A stretch of DNA of 64,000 bases from Halorarum halobium (GCF_032116555.1 NZ_CP134949.1:1488001-1552000), one strand, 5' to 3'; positions 35,884 to 45,448 are shown, counted from the first letter of the stretch. Notes: generated by a model from the letters alone, not told the origin. Made by a program: numbers and translations.

Positions 35884-37023
35884 GTGACCGACGAGATCGC
35901 ACGCGGGCTGGAGGGCGTCACCGTCGCCGAGACGCGCTTGAGCAGCATCGACGGCGACGAGGGCGAACTGATCATCGGGGGGTTCCCGCTCGCGGAACTG
36001 GCCGGCAACGCGACGTTCGAGGAGACGGTGTTCCTGCTCCGGGAGGACCGACTCCCCGACGAGGGGGAACTGGCGTCGTTCCGGGCCGACCTCGCGTCGC
36101 GTCGGGGCATCGAACCGGAGACGCGGGAGACGCTTCGCGCCGCCGCCCAACGGGAACTGCCCGCGATGGATGCGCTGAGGATGGGCGTCGCGGCCGCGAA
36201 CCTCGGCGACGACGCCGGCGAGTCGGGCGACCCGGAGACCGACTCGCTCACCGCGATCGCGGTGCTGCCGACGATCGTCGCGACGTACTGGCGATGCCGA
36301 CAGGGCGCGGAGCCGGTGGAGCCGCGGACCGACCTCGGCCACGCCGCGAACTACCTCTACATGCTGGAGGGCGAGGTGCCGGACGACGCAGCGGTTCGGG
36401 GGCTGGAGACGTACCTCAACGGCGTCGTCGATCACGGACTGAACGCCTCGACGTTCACCGCGCGCTGTATCGTCTCCACCGAGTCCGACGTGTTCTCGGC
36501 GGTCACGGGCGCGGTCGGCGCGCTGAAGGGGCCGCTCCACGGCGGCGCGCCCGGGCCGGTGCTGGACATGCTGCTCGACATCCACGAGTCGGGCGACCCG
36601 GCGGCGGCCGTCCACGAGCGGCTCGATGCCGGCGAGCGACTGATGGGGTTCGGACATCGAGTGTACTCGGTCCGCGACCCGCGCGCGGCGGTCCTCTCCG
36701 AGGCCGCCGAATCGTTCTACGCGGACGCCGGGAACGCCGACTTCTTCGAGTCCGCCCGGGAGGCCGAACGCGTCGGCGCCGAGGCGCTCGCGGAGCACCG
36801 GCCCGACCTGAACCTGGAGACCAACGTGGAGTTCTACACGGCCGTCCTGCTCCACGGCATCGGGATCCCGCGGGAGCTGTTCACGGCGACGTTCGGCGTG
36901 GCCCGGGTCGGCGGCTGGACCTCCCACTGTCTCGAACAGCTTTCGGACAACAAGATCGTTCGACCCCGCGCGCGGTACGTCGGCGACGAGGGGCGCGAGT
37001 GGACGGCCGTTGGTGAACGGTAG
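35884..37023 (+). CDS. Citrate synthase / methylcitrate synthase family
   Basis: GLEGV, DHGLNASTF, GPLHGGA, GFGHRVY..DPRA, NVEFY; GTG start. Confidence 0.9.
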   Translation: MTDEIARGLEGVTVAETRLSSIDGDEGELIIGGFPLAELAGNATFEETVFLLREDRLPDEGELASFRADLASRRGIEPETRETLRAAAQRELPAMDALRMGVAAANLGDDAGESGDPETDSLTAIAVLPTIVATYWRCRQGAEPVEPRTDLGHAANYLYMLEGEVPDDAAVRGLETYLNGVVDHGLNASTFTARCIVSTESDVFSAVTGAVGALKGPLHGGAPGPVLDMLLDIHESGDPAAAVHERLDAGERLMGFGHRVYSVRDPRAAVLSEAAESFYADAGNADFFESAREAERVGAEALAEHRPDLNLETNVEFYTAVLLHGIGIPRELFTATFGVARVGGWTSHCLEQLSDNKIVRPRARYVGDEGREWTAVGER

Positions 37024-37131
37024 CGTGGTCGGCCCCCAGTTTGCGGATCACCGACGAAACGGGGAAATAACCCCACGCTTCGGGAGCGCGGCATCGGTAC
37101 GTTCAACATCCATCCCCCCGAGGGTTCGGAT

Positions 37132-37299
37132 ATGCAGCAACTCATCTCCCGGAGTACCGGCCGGGATCTCCTCCGGTGTCGCCGGTGTGGCACGGAGTTT
37201 CCGGAGGGACGCGCGACGACGGACGGCTGGCACTACGCCTGCCCCACGGACGGCTGTGACGCGACCGGGATCGGCGACGGGCTGAAGCGACTCGACTGA
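37132..37299 (+). CDS. Small zinc-finger protein (55 aa, HVO_2901-like)
   Basis: Manual translation MQQLISRSTGRDLLRCRRCGTEFPEGRATTDGWHYACPTDGCDATGIGDGLKRLD; below the ORF-track cutoff. Confidence 0.8.
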   Translation: MQQLISRSTGRDLLRCRRCGTEFPEGRATTDGWHYACPTDGCDATGIGDGLKRLD

Positions 37300-37467
37300 T
37301 CCGTCTCGGCTCGAAGCGACCTGACTGTCCCTTCTCTCTCCCGACATCTCCCTCAAAGCAGTCTGTTCACTGTCCGGTGATCCAGCGTCGCCGCCGCTCA
37401 CGAGTGTAGGTTCGAAGAATCGGACCGTCCTCAGGTGTCGCCGCGTGGCGACGGGCTGAAGTCGGCG

Positions 37468-37662
37468 TTAGTTGCGGACGACGTTCGTCGCGCGGGGGCC
37501 CTTCGGGGCCTGTTCGATGTCGAACTCGATCTCGGTACCCTCCGTCAGATCCTCGCCGCCGACATCCTCCATGTGGAAGAACACGTCGTCGTCAGCATCC
37601 TCGGTGGAAATGAAACCGTAGCCGCCTGTGTCGTTGAAGAAATCAACTTTTCCGTTCGCCAT
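37468..37662 (-). CDS. cspA: Cold-shock protein (copy 2)
   Basis: MANGKVDFFNDTGGYGFI...; 64 aa. Confidence 0.96.
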   Translation of the reverse strand: MANGKVDFFNDTGGYGFISTEDADDDVFFHMEDVGGEDLTEGTEIEFDIEQAPKGPRATNVVRN

Positions 37663-37704
37663 TGCAAATGAACGTGGGGACGACACGGGTAAAGCCCTTG
37701 CGAG

Positions 37705-37722
37705 GGTCGTGGTACCACGACC
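37705..37722. promoter_or_regulatory. Perfect 18-bp palindrome between the divergent csp and gatE genes
   Basis: GGTCGTGGTACCACGACC; an imperfect copy lies at the same distance upstream of csp copy 1. Confidence 0.65.
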
Positions 37723-37825
37723 GCCGGGCCATCGATCCGTCCCCGAACCGAATCCTTCGGACCGTTTCGACCCACAGCGACCGTGACTCACACCCTTTTT
37801 GCCCCGGGCCGCCCCACGTCCGACA

Positions 37826-39694
37826 ATGACCGACCGCGACTACGACGACCTGGGGCTCGTCGCCGGGCTGGAGATCCACCAGCAGCTCGACACGGAGACG
37901 AAGCTCTTCTGCGGGTCGCCGACGACGCTGCGCGAACCCGAGGACGCCGAACGGACCATCACCCGCTTCCTCCACCCGACGAAGTCCGAACTCGGCGAGA
38001 TCGACGAGGCCGCCCTCGAGGAGTCGCAGGTCGAACGCGAGTTCGAGTATCTCGCGTACGACACGACCTGTCTCGTGGAGGAGGACGACGAGCCGCCCTC
38101 CCGGGTCGACGACGAGGCGCTCTCGGTCGCGATGCAGATCGCCGCCCTGCTCGACGTGACCGTCGTCGACCAGGTCCACGTCATGCGGAAGATCGTCATT
38201 GACGGCTCGAACACCTCCGGCTTCCAGCGGTCGATGCTGCTGGGCGAGGAAGGCGAGATCGAGACGCCCGACGGCCCGGTCGGCATCGAGGACCTGATGC
38301 TCGAGGAGGAGTCCGCAAAGCGCGTCGAGGAGACCGAGGAGGGCGTCCGCTACTCGCTGGACCGGCTCGGCATCCCGCTCGTCGAGATCGGCACGAAACC
38401 GGACATCTCCTCTCCGAAACAGGCGCGCGACGCCGCGGAGCGAATCGGCATGCTGCTCCGCTCGACGGGCACCGTGAAGCGCGGGCTCGGCACCATCCGG
38501 CAGGACGTGAACGTCTCCATCGAGGACGGCGCGCGGGTCGAGATCAAGGGCGTCCAGGCGCTCGACCAGATCGACGAGATCGTCGCGCTGGAGGCCGACC
38601 GGCAGGCTGAACTCGTCGGGATCGCCGCGGAACTCGACGAGCGCGACGCCGCGGTGGGTGAGCCGGCCGAGGTGACGGACGTGTTCGCCGACACCGACTC
38701 GGGCGTCATCGCCGGCGCGCTGGACTCCGGTGGGGAGGTCCACGCGGTCCGCCTCGCCGGATTCGACGGACTGGTCGGGTGCGAACTCCAGCCCGACCGC
38801 AGGCTCGGCACCGAACTGTCCGATCACGCGAAGCGCCACGGCGCGGGCGGCATCTTCCACACCGACGAACTGCCGGCCTACGGCGTGACGGAGGCAGAGG
38901 TCGACGCGCTCAGCGATGCGGTGGACGCCGCCCCCGAGGACGCCGTCGCGCTCGTCGCCGACGACCCGGACGTCGCGGCGCTCGCCATCGAGGCCGCGGC
39001 CGAACGTGCGGAGACGGCCACCGAGGGCGTCCCCGAGGAGACGCGCGGCGCGAACGACGACGGGACGACCCGGTACATGCGCCCGCTGCCCGGCGCGGCC
39101 CGTCTCTACCCCGAGACCGACGTCCCGCCGGTCGAACTCGACCCGACCGACGTGGAGCCGCCGGAACTGCTCACCGAGAAGGCCGAGCGCTACGCGGACG
39201 AGCACGGCCTCGACGCAGGGCTGGCCGAGCAGGTCGCGTACGGCCGACGGATGCCGCTGTTCGAGGAGGCGGTCGCGGCCGGCGTCGACCCGACGTTCGC
39301 GGCCACGACGTTCGAATCGACCGTGACCGAGCTCCGGCGCGAGGACGTGCCCGTCGAGCGCCTGACCGACGACCACCTGCTCGCGGTGCTGCTCCTCGTC
39401 GAGGACGGCGACCTGGCGAAGGAGGGCGTGAACGAGGTGCTGGCGACGCTCGTTCGGAACCCCGAGCTCTCGGCCGGGGAGGCGGTCGAGGAGGCGGGAC
39501 TCTCGGGCGTGGACGAGGACGACGTGCGCGAGGCGGTGGCCGAGGTCGTCGACCGCAACGCCGACCAGATCGAGCAAGAAGGGATGGGCGCGTTCTCGGG
39601 GCTGATGGGCGAGGCGATGGGTGCGCTCCGCGGGAAGGCGGACGGGGAGATCGTGAGCGACGTGCTACGCGAGGAGATCCGGAAGCGGGCCTGA
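37826..39694 (+). CDS. gatE: Glu-tRNA(Gln) amidotransferase subunit E
   Basis: GLEIHQQL..KLFC, DGSNTSGFQR, LDRLGIPLVEI, RGLGTIRQDVN, RPLPGAARLYPETD. Confidence 0.98.
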   Translation: MTDRDYDDLGLVAGLEIHQQLDTETKLFCGSPTTLREPEDAERTITRFLHPTKSELGEIDEAALEESQVEREFEYLAYDTTCLVEEDDEPPSRVDDEALSVAMQIAALLDVTVVDQVHVMRKIVIDGSNTSGFQRSMLLGEEGEIETPDGPVGIEDLMLEEESAKRVEETEEGVRYSLDRLGIPLVEIGTKPDISSPKQARDAAERIGMLLRSTGTVKRGLGTIRQDVNVSIEDGARVEIKGVQALDQIDEIVALEADRQAELVGIAAELDERDAAVGEPAEVTDVFADTDSGVIAGALDSGGEVHAVRLAGFDGLVGCELQPDRRLGTELSDHAKRHGAGGIFHTDELPAYGVTEAEVDALSDAVDAAPEDAVALVADDPDVAALAIEAAAERAETATEGVPEETRGANDDGTTRYMRPLPGAARLYPETDVPPVELDPTDVEPPELLTEKAERYADEHGLDAGLAEQVAYGRRMPLFEEAVAAGVDPTFAATTFESTVTELRREDVPVERLTDDHLLAVLLLVEDGDLAKEGVNEVLATLVRNPELSAGEAVEEAGLSGVDEDDVREAVAEVVDRNADQIEQEGMGAFSGLMGEAMGALRGKADGEIVSDVLREEIRKRA

Positions 39695-39699
39695 TTCCG

Positions 39700-40332
39700 A
39701 TGCCCGTCCAGGAGGACCTCGCGAACCCGTTCGGGATGGACGAGGAGTGCCGGAACTGTCCCGAGCTGGCGAGCTGTCGGAAGCAAGTCGTCCACGGCTA
39801 CGGCGACGCCGGGGGGGAGGTCATCTTCGTCGGCGAGTCGCCGACCGCGGCGGCGGAGGCGAACGGCGTCCCGTTCACCGGCGACGACGCGGGTCGTCGC
39901 ATTCAGCGGATCCTCGGCGAACTCGGCCTCTCCAGGTCCGAGCCGAACGCCGCGGAACCCGAACTGCAAAACGTCTATCTCACCTACCTCGCCCGCTGTC
40001 GGCACCCCGACCGCCGGGCGACCGACGAGGAGGTCGCCAACTGCGAGCCGTACCGCAACGCCGAACTCCGGATGATCAACCCGGAACTCATCGTCCCCGT
40101 CGGCCAGCGCGCGCTGGAGGAACTGGCCATCGAGTACACCACCCGCGCGCCGGAGAGCTTCGACGCCGACGAGGAGCACGCGACGACGGTTCGCGGACGT
40201 GGCTTCGAACTCCTCCCGATGAAGGACCTTGCTGACCTGACCGACGCCGACGCGGACGCGTTCGTCGAGCACGTCCGTGAGAACGTCTTCTCGCGCGACT
40301 ACCGACAGACGAAGGGGCGGCGGAGCCGGTAG
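39700..40332 (+). CDS. Uracil-DNA glycosylase family-4-like protein
   Basis: CRNC and two later Cys (Fe-S ligands), FVGESP, GVPF, P.LIVPVG. Confidence 0.85.
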   Translation: MPVQEDLANPFGMDEECRNCPELASCRKQVVHGYGDAGGEVIFVGESPTAAAEANGVPFTGDDAGRRIQRILGELGLSRSEPNAAEPELQNVYLTYLARCRHPDRRATDEEVANCEPYRNAELRMINPELIVPVGQRALEELAIEYTTRAPESFDADEEHATTVRGRGFELLPMKDLADLTDADADAFVEHVRENVFSRDYRQTKGRRSR

Positions 40333-40364
40333 TCTCCCGTGTTCCCCTCGTCGCGCTCATGCGG

Positions 40365-40565
40365 TCACCAGTAGGTCGTCCGCCAGCGCCGGGGTGCAGT
40401 GTGTCGCCCCCAGGCGACGGCGAGCGCGACGACTGCGACCAGCATCGCGAGCGTGATCGCGACGCCGCCCAGTGAGAGCCCGGTCAGGGAAAGCGAGACG
40501 AGCGATCCGAGCGCCAACAGCGCGACGAGCAGCGTTCCGAGCACGCCGAACCGTGTCACGTCCAT
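40365..40565 (-). CDS. Small 2-TM membrane protein
   Basis: MDVTRFGVLGTLLVALL...RTTYW; CCTTATAC TATA on the minus strand ~25 bp upstream. Confidence 0.7.
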   Translation of the reverse strand: MDVTRFGVLGTLLVALLALGSLVSLSLTGLSLGGVAITLAMLVAVVALAVAWGRHTAPRRWRTTYW

Positions 40566-40625
40566 ACCGTGGCTGTCGAGCGCGAGAGTATAAGGTTGAA
40601 GGACGCGCCCCGCCGAGGTGCGGGC

Positions 40626-41375
40626 ATGACCGTCGTCGTCGTCCTGGCCGACCCGCCGCGCCCCGGACTCGTGCTCCCCGACCTCCCCGACACGTCCCCG
40701 CTCTCGGCCGGGGCGGCGACCGACCTGTACCGGGCGCTGTTGAAGGACACCGTCCGCGCGGTGGAGCGCTCGGGAGCGAGTCTGCTCGTGAACTACCGGC
40801 CGGACGACCTCCTGCCGGACGGGTTCGTGACCGACACAGCAAGCGAGGCCGCGTTGCGCTCGCTCGCGGCGAGCGCCCTGGAGGACGTGACCGACGCGCG
40901 GTTCGAGGAGCAGGTCGGCTCCGACGTCTCGGCGCGGGCCGGCAACACGATCTCGCACCTGCTCGGCGAGGAGGGCGCCCAGTCCGTGGCGGTCGTGCGC
41001 GGCACGGCGCCGCTGCTCACGCGGTCGCTGCTCGACTCCTCGGCGATGAAGCTCCGGACGAACGAGACGGTGCTCGGCCCGTCGACCCGCGGCCGAACGT
41101 ACTTCGCGGGCTACACCGAGCCGGCGGACTTCGCGGCCGCCTTCGGCGACGCGGAACTGGAGACGCTGACGGACCGCGCACGGGACGCGGGCCACGACGT
41201 CGAGTACCTCCCGATGCAGGTCGCCGTCGAGACGGGTGCGGACCTCCGGGACCTGCTGCCGGTCCTCTGGTCGCGAATCTCGGCGGAGCGCATCGTCCCC
41301 GAGCACACGGCCTCGTTCGTCCACGAGCACGGGCTTCGGGTCCGCGACGGCGAACTCGTCATCGACAATCCTTAA
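40626..41375 (+). CDS. DUF2064/CofC-like nucleotidyltransferase-fold protein
   Basis: LADPPRPG.V, LYRALLKDT, QVG, VLGPST.G..Y.AG, VETGADL. Confidence 0.75.
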   Translation: MTVVVVLADPPRPGLVLPDLPDTSPLSAGAATDLYRALLKDTVRAVERSGASLLVNYRPDDLLPDGFVTDTASEAALRSLAASALEDVTDARFEEQVGSDVSARAGNTISHLLGEEGAQSVAVVRGTAPLLTRSLLDSSAMKLRTNETVLGPSTRGRTYFAGYTEPADFAAAFGDAELETLTDRARDAGHDVEYLPMQVAVETGADLRDLLPVLWSRISAERIVPEHTASFVHEHGLRVRDGELVIDNP

Positions 41376-41401
41376 GTCGGCTATCGAGAAGACCCACTCG
41401 T

Positions 41402-41485
41402 GGTGGGATGGCAGAGTGGCCCATTGCGCCTGCCTTGAAAGCAGGTAGCCTCACGGCTTCCTGGGTTCGAATCCCAGTCCCACCG
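41402..41485 (+). tRNA. tRNA-Ser (TGA)
   Basis: Acceptor GGTGGGA/TCCCACC; anticodon arm CCTGC-CT-TGA-AA-GCAGG; long variable arm; GTTCGAATC. Confidence 0.97.
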
Positions 41486-41544
41486 CGACATTTTACGCTG
41501 CGTTCGCCGCGGCGAGCCGCGGCTCTCTCGGTAAACTGTCGATT

Positions 41545-41735
41545 AAAAGCACTCCTCACTCCCGTCGCTCGCTCCGCTCGCTCGCTCTCGGAGGGGCGCG
41601 TGGTGCGACCGCACCGTTGCTGCCGTGGCGCGCGGCCGCTCGCGCGAGGGACGAGCACCGCAGCGAACGAGCGGAGTGTGCGAGCACGAGGAGCGCAGCG
41701 GCCGCACCGAGTCGACAGCCGCGGGGGCTTTCGAG
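41545..41735. repeat. Structured REP/MITE-like intergenic element
   Basis: 21-nt inverted repeat 41566-41586 / 41662-41682 (18 Watson-Crick pairs plus 1 GU); imperfect AAAGC...GCTTT termini; CGCT/AGCG-rich. Confidence 0.55.
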
Positions 41736-41837
41736 CAGTTGCCGTCGATGGATGCTGACACACATCCAGCCGACCCAGAGCATCGGACCCATCCCGCAAC
41801 GCCCAAACGCCCACCCCATCAACCACTGACCAAGAAG

Positions 41838-43967
41838 ATGGAGCCGAAACGCGAGATGACGTCGGTCGACCTCACCGCCCTGGTCGGGGAACTCGGGCGC
41901 TACGAGGGCGCGAAGGTCGACAAGGTCTACCTCTACGGCGACGACCTCGTGCGGTTCAAGCTGCGCGACTTCGACCGCGGGCGCGTCGAACTCCTCGTCG
42001 AGACGGGCGAGGTGAAGCGCTGCCACGTCGCGGACCCCGCCCACGTTCCCGACGCGCCCGGCCGACCGCCGGAGTTCGCAAAGACCCTCCGGGCCCGCAT
42101 CGGCGGCGGCGAGTTCGCCGGCGTCGAGCAGTACGAGTTCGACCGCATCCTCACCTTCGAGTTCGAGCGCCCGGACGAGGACACGTTCGTCGCCGCCGAA
42201 CTGTTCGGGCAGGGGAACGTCGCCGTGCTCGATGAAACCAGGGAAGTCCAGCGGAGCCTGGAGACCGTCCGGCTGAAGTCCCGGACCATCGCGCCGGGGA
42301 GCCAGTACGAGTACCCGCAGTCGCGGCTCCACCCGCTGAACGTCGACTTCGAGCCGTTCAGGGCACGGATGGACGAATCCGACACCGACATCGTCCGGAC
42401 GCTGGCGACCCAGCTCAACTTCGGCGGCCTCTACGCCGAGGAGGTCTGCACCCGCGCGGGCGTCGAGAAGGGCACGCCGATCGACGAGGCGACCGAGGAG
42501 CAGTACCGGGCCGTCCACGACGCCATCGTCCGCTTCCGCGAACGGCTCGATTCGGGCGATCTCGACCCTCGCGTCTATCTGGATGACGGGGAGGTGGTCG
42601 ACGTGACGCCGCTCCCGCTGGAGGAGCACGAGGGACTGGAGAGCGAGGCGTACGACGACTTCAACGCCGCGCTCGACGCGTACTTCCACCGCCTCGACCT
42701 CACGGAGGACGAGGGGATCGACGACTCGCCCGACTTCGAGGCCGAGATCGAGAAGAAGCGGCGAATCATCGACCAGCAGGAGGGCGCCATAGCGGAGTTC
42801 GAGGAGCAGGCCGAGGCCGAGCGCGAGCGCGCCGAACTCGTCTACGCCCACTACGACCTCGTGGACGACGTGCTCTCGACGGTGCAGGCGGCCCGGGAGG
42901 AGGGTCGTCCCTGGGAGGAGATCGAGGCGACGTTCGCCGAGGGGGCCGACCGCGGCATCCCCGAGGCCGAGGCCGTCGAGGACGTGAACGGCGCCGAGGG
43001 GACGGTCCGCCTCTCGCTCGGGGAGGCGTCGGTCACGCTGGACGCGCTCACGGGGCCGGAGAAGAACGCGGACCGGCTCTATCAGGAGGCAAAGCGCATC
43101 GAGGGGAAGAAGGAGGGCGCGGAGGCGGCGATCGAGAACACCCGCGAGGAGCTCGCGGAGGTACGAGCGCGCAAGGAGGCCTGGGAGGCGGCGGACGAGG
43201 AGCAGGGTGCGCCGGGGGACGGTGCCGAGTCGGACGCGGATGGCGAGGCGGACGACGACGGGGAGGAGCCGGACGTCGACTGGCTCTCCCGGCCCTCGGT
43301 CCCGATCCGCCAGCAGGACCACTGGTACGACCGGTTCAGGTGGCTCCAGACGAGCGACGGCTTCCTGGTCATCGGCGGCCGGAACGCCGACCAGAACGAG
43401 GAACTCGTGAAGAAGTACATGGACGCCGACGACCTGTTCCTCCACGCGCAGGCCCACGGCGGGCCGGTCACGGTCATCAAGGCGACGGACCCGTCCGAAC
43501 CCGCACGGGACGTCACCATCCCCGAGCAGTCGCGCGAGGAGGCCGCCCAGTTCGCCGTCTCGTACTCCTCGGTGTGGAAGGACGGCCGCGGGGCGGGCGA
43601 CGCCTACCTCGTGACGCCCGAGCAGGTGTCCAAGACGCCCGAGTCGGGCGAGTACGTCGAGAAGGGCGGGTTCGTCATCCGCGGCGACCGGGAGTACTAC
43701 CGCGACGTCCCCGCCTCGGTGTCGGTCGGCGTGCAGGCCGAGCCGGAGACGCGCGTCGTCGGCGGGCCCACCTCGGCCATCGAGGACCGCGCGGAGACGA
43801 CCATCAAACTCCGGCCGGGCAAGTTCGCGCAAAACGACGCGGCCGTGAAGTGCTATCGGGAGTTCAAGCGACGCTTCGCCGACGACTCGTTCGTCCGGAA
43901 GATCGCCTCCGCCGACCGGATTCAGGAGTTCCTCCCGCCGGGCGGGAGCGACCTGCTGGGGGTCTGA
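41838..43967 (+). CDS. rqcH: Ribosome quality control protein RqcH/NEMF (NFACT family)
   Basis: TSVDL, QYEFDRI, ELFGQGN (NFACT-N); coiled coil; WYDRFRW..SDG.LVIGGRNADQNE (NFACT-R). Confidence 0.93.
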   Translation: MEPKREMTSVDLTALVGELGRYEGAKVDKVYLYGDDLVRFKLRDFDRGRVELLVETGEVKRCHVADPAHVPDAPGRPPEFAKTLRARIGGGEFAGVEQYEFDRILTFEFERPDEDTFVAAELFGQGNVAVLDETREVQRSLETVRLKSRTIAPGSQYEYPQSRLHPLNVDFEPFRARMDESDTDIVRTLATQLNFGGLYAEEVCTRAGVEKGTPIDEATEEQYRAVHDAIVRFRERLDSGDLDPRVYLDDGEVVDVTPLPLEEHEGLESEAYDDFNAALDAYFHRLDLTEDEGIDDSPDFEAEIEKKRRIIDQQEGAIAEFEEQAEAERERAELVYAHYDLVDDVLSTVQAAREEGRPWEEIEATFAEGADRGIPEAEAVEDVNGAEGTVRLSLGEASVTLDALTGPEKNADRLYQEAKRIEGKKEGAEAAIENTREELAEVRARKEAWEAADEEQGAPGDGAESDADGEADDDGEEPDVDWLSRPSVPIRQQDHWYDRFRWLQTSDGFLVIGGRNADQNEELVKKYMDADDLFLHAQAHGGPVTVIKATDPSEPARDVTIPEQSREEAAQFAVSYSSVWKDGRGAGDAYLVTPEQVSKTPESGEYVEKGGFVIRGDREYYRDVPASVSVGVQAEPETRVVGGPTSAIEDRAETTIKLRPGKFAQNDAAVKCYREFKRRFADDSFVRKIASADRIQEFLPPGGSDLLGV

Positions 43968-43968
43968 G

Positions 43969-44721
43969 ATGCTACAGGAGGCGCTGGCGTTCCCGTTCCG
44001 TGGCGACCGCGGCGACGCGCTCGAGACGCTCGCGATCGGCGGCGGGCTCCACCTGCTCGCCGCGTTCGTTCCCCTCCTCCCGCTCGTCCCGGTGGTCGGC
44101 TACCTCGTCGGGCTGTTGCGAGCGGATGGCGGTGGCGTCGGTGGAAACCGGGCCGATGGCGGCGGCGACGACGCTGCCGATCCGAGCGGAGGTGTCAGCG
44201 ACGACGGTGAGGCCGTCGCCGAGGGTGGCCCCCACGGCCACGGTGTCGAGCTCCCGCTGTTCAGGGGGCCGAGGCGACTGCTCCGGGACGGGCTGTTCGG
44301 GTCGCTCGTCTGTCTCGCCTACCTCGTTCCGCCGGTCGCGTTCCTCCTGCTGACGGTCGGCCGCGCCGCGATCGAGGGGGTTCCCGCCGACGTCCCGTCA
44401 CGCCTGTTCGTCGTCGCCAGCACGCTCTCGCTGCTGCTCGCCGCCACGTTCGCGTACGTGCTGCCGGCGGCGCTCGTGGGGCTCGCACGCTCGGGGCTAC
44501 GGGCCGCCTTCGACCCGCGGGGGCTGTGGGGAACGGTGACCGACGGCCGGTACTTCTACGCGTGGAGCGTGGGGGCTGTGACGATCGGGTCGGCCGTCGC
44601 GCTGGCCCAGCCGCTCAACCGGATCGCCCTGGGATTCTTCGTCCTGTTCTACGCCGAGGTCGTCGCGGCGCGGGCGATCGCCGACGGCGTGCGGGGAAAC
44701 GGTTTTACATCGGCTCGGTGA
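43969..44721 (+). CDS. DUF4013-like membrane protein
   Basis: MLQEALAFP..IGG..GYL, Y.LPAAL...AAFD; contains a Gly/Asp-rich insertion. Confidence 0.75.
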   Translation: MLQEALAFPFRGDRGDALETLAIGGGLHLLAAFVPLLPLVPVVGYLVGLLRADGGGVGGNRADGGGDDAADPSGGVSDDGEAVAEGGPHGHGVELPLFRGPRRLLRDGLFGSLVCLAYLVPPVAFLLLTVGRAAIEGVPADVPSRLFVVASTLSLLLAATFAYVLPAALVGLARSGLRAAFDPRGLWGTVTDGRYFYAWSVGAVTIGSAVALAQPLNRIALGFFVLFYAEVVAARAIADGVRGNGFTSAR

Positions 44722-44731
44722 CCCATCACGC

Positions 44732-45448
44732 ATGCTGGAAGAATCACTGCGCTACCCGCTGGAGAGCGACGACAGCATCGCCACGCTGCTCATCGGCGCG
44801 CTGCTCACCGTTCTGAGTATCCTCATCATCCCGGCGTTCATCGTCCAGGGCTATCTCGTCCGCGTCCTGCGCTCGTCGGTCGCCGGCGAGACGGAAGCGC
44901 CGTCGTTCACCGACTGGGGTGACCTGTTCGTCGACGGCCTCAAACTGTTCCTCATCAACCTCGTGTTCGGCATCATCGTCGCCATCCCGTTCGTCATCGT
45001 GACCGTGGTGTTCCTCGGCGGCGCGTTCGCGGCCGGCGACGCCGGAGGCGGATCCGGTGCCGCGGCGCTGGGCCTGCTGAGTCTGCTGCTGTTCGCGGTC
45101 GTCGGCCTGCTGGCGCTCGTGCTCGCGTACTTCCTCCCGGCGATGTTCGCGAACTTCGCCGTGGAAGGTCGCCTCGGCGCGGCGTTCGACCTCTCGACCG
45201 TGCGCGCGGTCGCGTTCACCTCGGAGTACTTCGTGGCCGTCCTGCTGGGCGTCGTGGCCGGTGCCGTTCTCAACTCGGTCGGCGGGACGCTCGCGTTCAT
45301 CCTCGTCGGCCTGCCGATCCTGTTCTACGGGCAGGTCGTCACCTACTACCTGTTCGGCCGGGGCTACGCCGAGGGACGGACCGCCTCCGGGCTCTCGCCC
45401 GCGCCCGGGTCGACGGCGACGACGACCGACCGCTCCGGCGGCGTCTGA
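44732..45448 (+). CDS. DUF4013 membrane protein
   Basis: MLEESLRYP, GYLVRVLR, PSFTDWGDLFVDGLK, YFLPAM...AAFD. Confidence 0.85.
   Translation: MLEESLRYPLESDDSIATLLIGALLTVLSILIIPAFIVQGYLVRVLRSSVAGETEAPSFTDWGDLFVDGLKLFLINLVFGIIVAIPFVIVTVVFLGGAFAAGDAGGGSGAAALGLLSLLLFAVVGLLALVLAYFLPAMFANFAVEGRLGAAFDLSTVRAVAFTSEYFVAVLLGVVAGAVLNSVGGTLAFILVGLPILFYGQVVTYYLFGRGYAEGRTASGLSPAPGSTATTTDRSGGV

Noticed and set aside
33672..36251. 859-aa minus-strand ORF as a fusion protein
   Set aside because: Mostly antisense to fumC and citrate synthase; only the last 160 codons (SRPBCC, GTG at 34154) look like a real protein
38779..39699. Long N-terminal extension of the UDG ORF overlapping gatE
   Set aside because: Alternative frame of gatE; the real start is ATG 39700. 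The track similarly over-extends the kinase, lactonase, tbp, rqcH, tfb and others
6070..41485. Provirus or integrative element at any of the three tRNAs
   Set aside because: No integrase, no duplicated tRNA 3' end found by eye, and flanking genes have host-like composition
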